Positions 1 to 5,212 of a stretch of 5,212 nt of DNA are shown in pieces. The translations under genes were made by a program, and so were the position numbers. The notes under the pieces are model-generated. The model was not told the DNA's origin, searched no databases, and saw nothing but the letters and a program-made list of their open reading frames with translations. Position 1 is the stretch's first letter. Each line of letters opens with the position of its first letter. The stretch lies in assembly GCA_018985225.1 (NCBI GenBank), contig JADGIF010000682.1, forward strand, positions 1 through 5,212. The letters run 5' to 3'. The stretch is from Amoeboradix gromovi X-113 (taxonomy: Eukaryota > Fungi > Sanchytriomycota).

Positions 1-110
1 CTTTAAGATTTTAGATTTATGTAGTTTATGTAATGTTTTTAGTGTCCCAAATAATGGTCAATTCTCAATTTGATTTATAGAAGTAATTTGACAAAAGCAA
101 TATTTCATTA

Positions 111-3100
111 TCATGGCATCTCTCGCAAGTAGTAATTTGTGTCACTGTGAAATATATCTACCATTACACTCTCCCGACTGCTTTGCATTTTAAATTCGTA
201 CAGTTGTTTTAGATTGCCATATATCTTGACCACTTGCCAACTTGCTTTTATAATCGCCTTTCTAAGTTCCACATCACACCCTATGCCCCGCTTTTCATTA
301 TCTATGTACACCGTACATGTATATCTCCCCTGCTCTTTGACAGGGCTTAATTTGCAAATCCCTGTTATACCCATTTTCTTCAGTTCTTCTCGTAATAGCT
401 GTTCTTGACTCTGATTTGTCGCCGACTCATTTATCAGCTCCTCGCATACATGTTTTCCCATTACTTGCCACATTATTCTTACATCGAAATCATTGTCCAT
501 CAATATTCCACCACATACACTCTCGAAAATATCCCCAAGTATCTTGTAGTTCTTACTTATTGTATCCTCATACTCCTCGATATTCCATTCTTCTACTTTG
601 TTCAACTTTTCAAATAGCTGCGTGCTCTCTCTCATGTAATTAAACAATCTCAGTTTAAAGCAAAGTCTACTAAATGATTTGTTCTGTACTATTGACTGTT
701 TAAACGCGGTTAATTTATTTGGTAAATACATTGGGTAGTTCGCGTATGAATACAATGCACAGCAGTAATCTAATACAGCATCTCCCAGGTACTCTAATCT
801 ATCAAATTCCCTAGTATGCATTTCGGTGCAGCTGTTATACACATTCTCATTTTTGAATGTATATGGCAGTATAGCTATGGATTTTCCGCCTGAGTTGATG
901 CTGCAGTTTGCATCTGTGCTAATATTTATTTCTGAGAGTAAGCCCATTCTTAGCATCATTTTTAAAGTAGTTTGTAATCCAAACACACAATAGACTGCAC
1001 CAATTAGTGATTCTACAAGGTCTGCTCCGTTCTTGTTGCTTATCATTCTTTTGCCATCCCATTGCTCCATGCTACTGTCGGTCCATTTATTTATGTTCTT
1101 TATATTGCTCCATTTACTTATATCCATCTGATGCATGACATACGATTGCGGGTTGTAATGCTTCATATACACTCTGTTTATCAGTTTATATCTCTTGCTT
1201 ATTGTCAGTAAATATGAATTTCTCACTAATCCATCCCTCTGGATGCTCAGCTGACCCTCCGTCCAGTTAACATGCAGTCTAAACAAGTTCATTCCTACTG
1301 CGTATTTTAGTATAGCATCACCTAAAAACTCTAGTCTCTCGTAATTGTGGATGTACAGGGCGCTTGGATGTGTCATTGCTTGACATATGCGAGATATATC
1401 TGAGTCTTGCTGGCTCTGCTCGTGTTCGTTCTTTCCAACTTCCAGCTCTCTCATTATATCCATACAGTTCAACGTATGCTCCAAATGATGAAATACTGAT
1501 GGATTTATGTTATTATACTTTAAACAAGCTGTAGGTAATGTATTAAGGTTACATGCTTGAATGGGAATATAAATATCCTGCTTGTTTATGTTTTTCTTTT
1601 TACTTATTATTGGGTATTGATGATTACTTAAAGTGTAGGAGTTCTTCGTTTTAATCATAATGCCACTAGTGAGCATTATGTTATACTTTGAAAGATAAAA
1701 ATCACGATATGTGACTGCACTATTAGCATCCATTGCATCGTCTATATCCAAAACAACAAAGCTCAAAATGAAATAAGGTCTGTTGTTGCATATGAGAGAA
1801 AGCGGTATACGCTGCGACAGGCTATTCAACAAGGATACCTGATTATATTCGCTACAAGAACGTACGCTTTTAGTGTCAGACTTTAGTAGCAATATTATCT
1901 CTTCAAAGCTTTTATTGAGTAACTCATCAATGGGATGTAAAGTTACTAATTGTGCTAATCTAGTCATCGGTATATTGAAATTACTTGTAATCCTATGAAT
2001 ACAAGAATAGTCTAATTTGTAATTCCTTTTCACTGGCGTGTGTGTGATATATTCGATCTTGTAATTGTGACCTTTGGTGAACGATGCTGGAGTAAAAAGT
2101 GGGGTTTCTGTGTTGTTGCTAAGAGCGGAATCTACTACGCCAACATCTATTAAAGGCAAGAGAACAAGGTATACATTGTTCATGTAGTGTGTTGCTGCTA
2201 AATGATCATCATTGTTTTTTTCAGCTGCAGGGTTCATTGGTCTGGTTGTCCTTGAATAGAACAGTGACTGGAATTTCAATAAATTGTTGTATTCGCCAAT
2301 AGACAAAACAATAGGATCCATCAAAGTGTATTCAACCCGGCAAGGTATCGTGTTGTTAATCCAAATAACACAATCAGGTATCTTATAAATTGGAGGATTC
2401 AAAAGCGCATATCCCCATGAGTACCTACCACTAGATAGCAAGTAATCGTATGCTTCAGGACCATATGATACCGAAACAGGATAAACTTGAACATTAGAAC
2501 AGTTAGCGATCAAGGCAGCGTTTAAAGATCTGTCTGTCCAGGAGCTAGTGGCCCTAACATACTCACATAGGGTGTCGTGATTCATAAGGGTTTCATTCTT
2601 GCCCTTGCCGTAATCTATGCCAGAATCAACCGCTTCAATTGGATCGGAAACGTATTTGGTAAATTGCTTAGAATGTAGTAGTTTATGTAATTTAGCATTA
2701 CCAGTATCAGTATCACCGACTGGTAGCATATTGGAATCAAATCCATTACAACTAGCCAATCTTTTTATAGCGATTAAGCAGGCAACTTGTTTAGCATCTT
2801 TGATTAAATGACGAGGAGGACCGACTATGAGCTCATCTTGGACATGTGAACTGGTAAATTGGATTTGATATGCATAATTATAGCATATCAAGGTGTCACT
2901 ACAAGTTGGTGGTGAATAAGGTGGAAAAGGATCGTAGATGTTGCCATTGTGTGGATGACCATTATCATTCAAGTAATAATCATCTAAGTCATTGTCACGG
3001 TTTAAATTACAGTTCCAGACCGGAGGAAGTGGTATTGGTGGTTTGTAATTGCAAGGGCACTTTTCACGAATTCTATATGCTTGGACTTTTCTATAGTACA

Positions 3101-4973
3101 AATATTTCTGCATTAGCCTAGTAGATTGTCTTCCAGGCATCATGATAAGGGTCATAGTATAGTCACCATTCTTTTTGCTGTACTGCTCTAGTTTGTTAAA
3201 AGCATCGTATTTATTACACTGTGCATTACCAACCCTAAATGGATCATCGCTTTCGACATCCTGCAAGCTAGTCGAGTGACTGTAGTATTCGCTGTATTGA
3301 GGACTAATGTCGACCATCTGTAATTTGCGAATCATTCCGTTTTGATAAAACTCCTCAGCGGTTCTGCTTGCGAGCTCTTTTAATTTACTGTCGTCACCTT
3401 GTTCTACAAAAACAATGTAGTCGCTATTCTTTTGACGCGCACGACCGCGAGTTTGAATTTGAGACTTACTAGATTTGGGTACGTCGAACATGAATACAAC
3501 ATTACATGCGCTGATATCCAGTCCTTCTTCTGCTACACTAGTGGTAGCAAGTAGATTAAAGATGCCTTGGTTGAAGTTATATAGAGCTGCAGATTTTAAA
3601 GCTTCGCCCATTGAAGATTCTAAATACCATGGATTGCAATTGAATGGAATGATATCCGATTGAGATAATTCAATAAGGAAAGCGCTTAGTACATAAACAA
3701 TACACTTGCGATCAATAAATATTAGAGACTTAACATCAGTTCTCTGGTAAAGCTTATTTAGACGAACAACCAGAGTATTTAGCTTGTTAGTAAAATGGAT
3801 TAATGGATCGACTTCAGCCAGTGGGGTCGATTGTATGTACTCATTAGTAAATGCATTAGAATTAGCATTCAATGGGAACGCCGTACTTGTCTTACCCACA
3901 GCACAATACTCAAACCATTTGCCGGCTAACCAAACCCCCAGCTCTTCTTTTATAACGTCGCCAGCTCTAATATTCTTATCGATTCTATCATTGATCTTGT
4001 ACAGTAATTGCCGATGATAAAGCATGTGGCGAAGTACAGGATCGCTGACATTATATATTTCACCCGGGTTTGTCATGAAGAAATGGATCCGAGACATGCT
4101 ATATGCAGAATGCTGACGACTATAAAAAACAAAGATGGTATTAGCACGAGGAGTATACCCATCAATTAGTTTCGGATCAACAGTGACTATTTTAGACATT
4201 AAATTGTTTTGCAGCTCATTTATTTCTTCAGCGACTTTTATTTCACTATTTGATTTACCATTCAGAGGAGATGCAGTCATTCCGAATATTCGAGGTCGGT
4301 CATCCAAGCAACTATTCTTATAGTAGTCACGCATTATATGTACATAGGCATGATCCCCGCAACAATGATGAGCCTCATCAAAAATTAATAAAGATATGTC
4401 TGACATTTTAATAAATGAGACCTTCAGGAGGTTCAAAAGAATTTGAGGAGTCATTACAAGTGCCTGAGCTTGAGACCATTCGCGATGCCAAAGTGCCGCG
4501 TCCTCTATATCTTTGGTTTGGAAATGGCTAACATTTCCTTGGTATTCTTTTACGACCAACTCAGCATTTCTAGTGAGTTGTAGTGCTTGCTGCCTTACTA
4601 GAGGAGTCTTTGGCACTAAAAATACAACTTTTTTGTTTAGCTTTGGCAATGATTCTAACAAGTTAGACTGATTTATTATTCCAACTCTTCTTTGCGTTAC
4701 TAAGAGTTCATAGACAGAAGAAGCTATATTGTCCAAGGGTTCCGAAAATTGTTTTGCCAATAAACAAGCAATAAGAGTTTTGCCAGTACCGGTTTCTAAA
4801 AAGGCAATAATATTCTCTTTTAACGCTCTCCTGAAAATTGAATCTTGATAAGGTCTTGGCTCTTGTGCACTTGTTATAGTGTCTGAAACAGTTTCAGATA
4901 CTTCAATTTCTTGAGCAAGTTCCTTGGCGTTAATAAGTTTGGTGGTGCCACTTGAACAAGTCAAACTTTCCAT
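111..4973 (-). CDS. DCL: Dicer-like endoribonuclease (helicase-DUF283-platform-PAZ-RNase IIIa-RNase IIIb-dsRBD), 1620 aa
   Basis: Single ORF from ATG at 4973 to TGA at 111-113. It carries SF2 helicase motifs (ETGTGKT, DEAHH, TAS, TSVAEEGLD, QTRGRAR), two RNase III signatures (ERLEFLGD, DRLEYLGD) with their downstream DxxE acidic pairs, and a terminal dsRBD. This domain order is diagnostic of Dicer. The paralog number cannot be assigned from sequence alone. Confidence 0.97.
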   Translation of the reverse strand: MESLTCSSGTTKLINAKELAQEIEVSETVSDTITSAQEPRPYQDSIFRRALKENIIAFLETGTGKTLIACLLAKQFSEPLDNIASSVYELLVTQRRVGIINQSNLLESLPKLNKKVVFLVPKTPLVRQQALQLTRNAELVVKEYQGNVSHFQTKDIEDAALWHREWSQAQALVMTPQILLNLLKVSFIKMSDISLLIFDEAHHCCGDHAYVHIMRDYYKNSCLDDRPRIFGMTASPLNGKSNSEIKVAEEINELQNNLMSKIVTVDPKLIDGYTPRANTIFVFYSRQHSAYSMSRIHFFMTNPGEIYNVSDPVLRHMLYHRQLLYKINDRIDKNIRAGDVIKEELGVWLAGKWFEYCAVGKTSTAFPLNANSNAFTNEYIQSTPLAEVDPLIHFTNKLNTLVVRLNKLYQRTDVKSLIFIDRKCIVYVLSAFLIELSQSDIIPFNCNPWYLESSMGEALKSAALYNFNQGIFNLLATTSVAEEGLDISACNVVFMFDVPKSSKSQIQTRGRARQKNSDYIVFVEQGDDSKLKELASRTAEEFYQNGMIRKLQMVDISPQYSEYYSHSTSLQDVESDDPFRVGNAQCNKYDAFNKLEQYSKKNGDYTMTLIMMPGRQSTRLMQKYLYYRKVQAYRIREKCPCNYKPPIPLPPVWNCNLNRDNDLDDYYLNDNGHPHNGNIYDPFPPYSPPTCSDTLICYNYAYQIQFTSSHVQDELIVGPPRHLIKDAKQVACLIAIKRLASCNGFDSNMLPVGDTDTGNAKLHKLLHSKQFTKYVSDPIEAVDSGIDYGKGKNETLMNHDTLCEYVRATSSWTDRSLNAALIANCSNVQVYPVSVSYGPEAYDYLLSSGRYSWGYALLNPPIYKIPDCVIWINNTIPCRVEYTLMDPIVLSIGEYNNLLKFQSLFYSRTTRPMNPAAEKNNDDHLAATHYMNNVYLVLLPLIDVGVVDSALSNNTETPLFTPASFTKGHNYKIEYITHTPVKRNYKLDYSCIHRITSNFNIPMTRLAQLVTLHPIDELLNKSFEEIILLLKSDTKSVRSCSEYNQVSLLNSLSQRIPLSLICNNRPYFILSFVVLDIDDAMDANSAVTYRDFYLSKYNIMLTSGIMIKTKNSYTLSNHQYPIISKKKNINKQDIYIPIQACNLNTLPTACLKYNNINPSVFHHLEHTLNCMDIMRELEVGKNEHEQSQQDSDISRICQAMTHPSALYIHNYERLEFLGDAILKYAVGMNLFRLHVNWTEGQLSIQRDGLVRNSYLLTISKRYKLINRVYMKHYNPQSYVMHQMDISKWSNIKNINKWTDSSMEQWDGKRMISNKNGADLVESLIGAVYCVFGLQTTLKMMLRMGLLSEINISTDANCSINSGGKSIAILPYTFKNENVYNSCTEMHTREFDRLEYLGDAVLDYCCALYSYANYPMYLPNKLTAFKQSIVQNKSFSRLCFKLRLFNYMRESTQLFEKLNKVEEWNIEEYEDTISKNYKILGDIFESVCGGILMDNDFDVRIMWQVMGKHVCEELINESATNQSQEQLLREELKKMGITGICKLSPVKEQGRYTCTVYIDNEKRGIGCDVELRKAIIKASWQVVKIYGNLKQLYEFKMQSSRESVMVDIFHSDTNYYLREMP
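219..410 (-). other. C-terminal double-stranded RNA-binding domain
   Basis: Alpha-beta-beta-beta-alpha pattern: QLLREELKK, then YTCTVYID, then RGIG, then RKAIIKASWQVV. It follows RNase IIIb and is followed by a ~35 aa tail. Confidence 0.75.
456..869 (-). other. RNase IIIb domain
   Basis: YTF (855-863), FDRLEYLGD (780-806), P.KLT..K..IV.N, and KILGDIFESVCGG (D at 531-533, E at 522-524). Catalytic E, D, D, E and the conserved K are present. Confidence 0.93.
939..1394 (-). other. RNase IIIa domain
   Basis: QAMTHPS (1362-1382), YERLEFLGDA (1314-1343), EGQLS..R..LV.N, and KNGADLVESLIG (D at 1020-1022, E at 1011-1013). Catalytic E, D, D, E plus the accessory N and K are present. Confidence 0.95.
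1455..1790 (-). other. Divergent PAZ domain and connector helix
   Basis: TYRDFYLSKYNI (1677-1712) resembles the PAZ TF.DYY..KY.I motif. IYIPIQAC (1551-1574) resembles L.PELC. PSVFHHLE (1479-1502) resembles the connector helix start PSI..RLE. The segment sits immediately before RNase IIIa. Confidence 0.7.
2721..3206 (-). other. DUF283 (Dicer dimerisation / dsRBD-like) domain with internal insertion
   Basis: N-terminal DAFNKLEQYS resembles the DUF283 first helix (A..LL..YC). C-terminal IVGPPRHLIKDAKQVACLIAIKRLASCNGFDSNMLP resembles G.....K..AK..AA..AC..L...G.LD..LLP. It lies directly after the helicase, as expected. Recognised by eye. Confidence 0.75.
3400..4860 (-). other. Dicer DExH-box helicase (Hel1-Hel2i-Hel2)
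   Basis: Q-motif PRPYQ (4845-4859); Walker A ETGTGKT (4776-4796); Ia FLVP (4611-4622); II DEAHH (4365-4379); III TASP (4266-4277); Hel2i-like EELGVW; IV LIFIDR (~3708-3725); V ATTSVAEEGLDI (3513-3548); VI QTRGRAR (3435-3455). Domain boundaries are approximate. Confidence 0.95.
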
Positions 4974-5023
4974 GTCAGAAAAATTAAGTGTTTAAGATTG
5001 TATCTAATTTAATCTAATACTAC
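4974..5023. promoter_or_regulatory. Short AT-rich upstream spacer (putative 5' UTR/core promoter of the Dicer gene, possibly bidirectional)
   Basis: 50-bp very AT-rich stretch immediately upstream of the Dicer ATG, containing ATCTAAT twice with a 10-bp period (5002-5008, 5012-5018). Function is inferred from position only. Confidence 0.3.
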
Positions 5024-5212
5024 ATGGGACAAACTTTCAGAAGCGGGTCCTGTGGATATTCGACAGTGTTTATTAATCCAATTTATTTAATTACAGTAAT
5101 TATAATGAAAGAAATAGTACACATCATAGTTACACAGCCACACATCTGTTTACTACGGTTGCTATGTCATTGAAAAGGAAAAAGATTGGCGTGATAATCA
5201 TGAATTGCAAAC
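5024..5212 (+). CDS. Possible 5' end of a divergently transcribed gene (exon 5024-5095, candidate intron 5096-5129, exon 5130->window end), unknown product
   Basis: ATG at 5024 opens MGQTFRSGSCGYSTVFINPIYLIT. Removing GTAATT...CATAG (34 nt, phase 0) continues in frame as LHSHTSVYYGCYVIEKEKDWRDNHELQ to the window edge. Unspliced, the frame stops at TGA 5171-5173. An alternative start at ATG 5164 (MSLKRKKIGVIIMNCK, open to the edge) is equally possible. No homology recognised. Confidence 0.25.

Noticed and set aside
111-410. S. pombe Dcr1-like zinc-binding extended dsRBD with C-terminal tail
   Set aside because: A ~35 aa tail is present, but it contains no Cys and I could not identify a CHCC ligand arrangement.
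1584-1594. GTTTATGTTTT, a 10/11 match to the yeast ARS consensus near the skew switch
   Set aside because: It is explained by the Lys/Asn/Ile codons of KKKNINK, near-matches are frequent in AT-rich DNA, and the consensus is specific to budding yeasts.
214-4323. Eight short + strand ORFs (62-83 aa) in the ORF track
   Set aside because: All are antisense and fully nested in the Dicer CDS with no recognisable motifs. They are expected shadow ORFs.
3435-4859. Alternative identity as a RIG-I-like, FANCM/Hef or bacterial helicase gene
   Set aside because: The helicase is fused in frame to DUF283, PAZ, two RNase III domains and a dsRBD, which is specific to Dicer.
111-4973. Non-standard genetic code or pseudogene
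   Set aside because: There are 1620 codons without an internal TAA, TAG or TGA, and all catalytic residues are intact under the standard code.
2-4999. 9-bp direct repeat TTTAAGATT at 2-10 and 4991-4999 flanking the gene, with an A-rich tract on the gene strand before the downstream copy (retrocopy TSD-like)
   Set aside because: A 9-mer match between two very AT-rich flanks is plausible by chance. There is no clean poly(A) tail and no terminal inverted repeat. An empty-site allele or an intron-containing parent gene would be needed.
1-5212. CRISPR arrays, tRNA/rRNA genes, transposon ends, giant-virus AAAATTGA early promoter upstream of the gene
   Set aside because: I saw no periodic repeats, structured RNA signatures or terminal repeats, and there is no AAAATTGA upstream of the Dicer ATG on its strand.

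Overview
The window is almost entirely one uninterrupted minus-strand ORF (4973->111, 1620 aa) encoding a eukaryotic Dicer/Dicer-like protein. All canonical modules can be read from the sequence: DExH helicase with motifs Q, I, Ia, II, III, IV, V and VI; a DUF283 dsRBD-like domain apparently split by a Pro/Cys/His/Asn-rich insertion; a platform region; a divergent PAZ plus connector helix; RNase IIIa and IIIb with all four catalytic acidic residues each; and a C-terminal dsRBD. The gene has no required introns, is AT-rich (roughly one third GC by spot counts) and ends in three tandem stops. Flanks are very short, and a possible divergent gene with a 34-nt intron may start only 50 bp upstream. 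This suggests a compact-genome microbial eukaryote such as an early-diverging fungus or protist (inference only). No prokaryotic, CRISPR, RNA-gene or mobile-element features are supported. The novelty lies in the divergent architecture and genomic context of a known family, not in a demonstrably new system.
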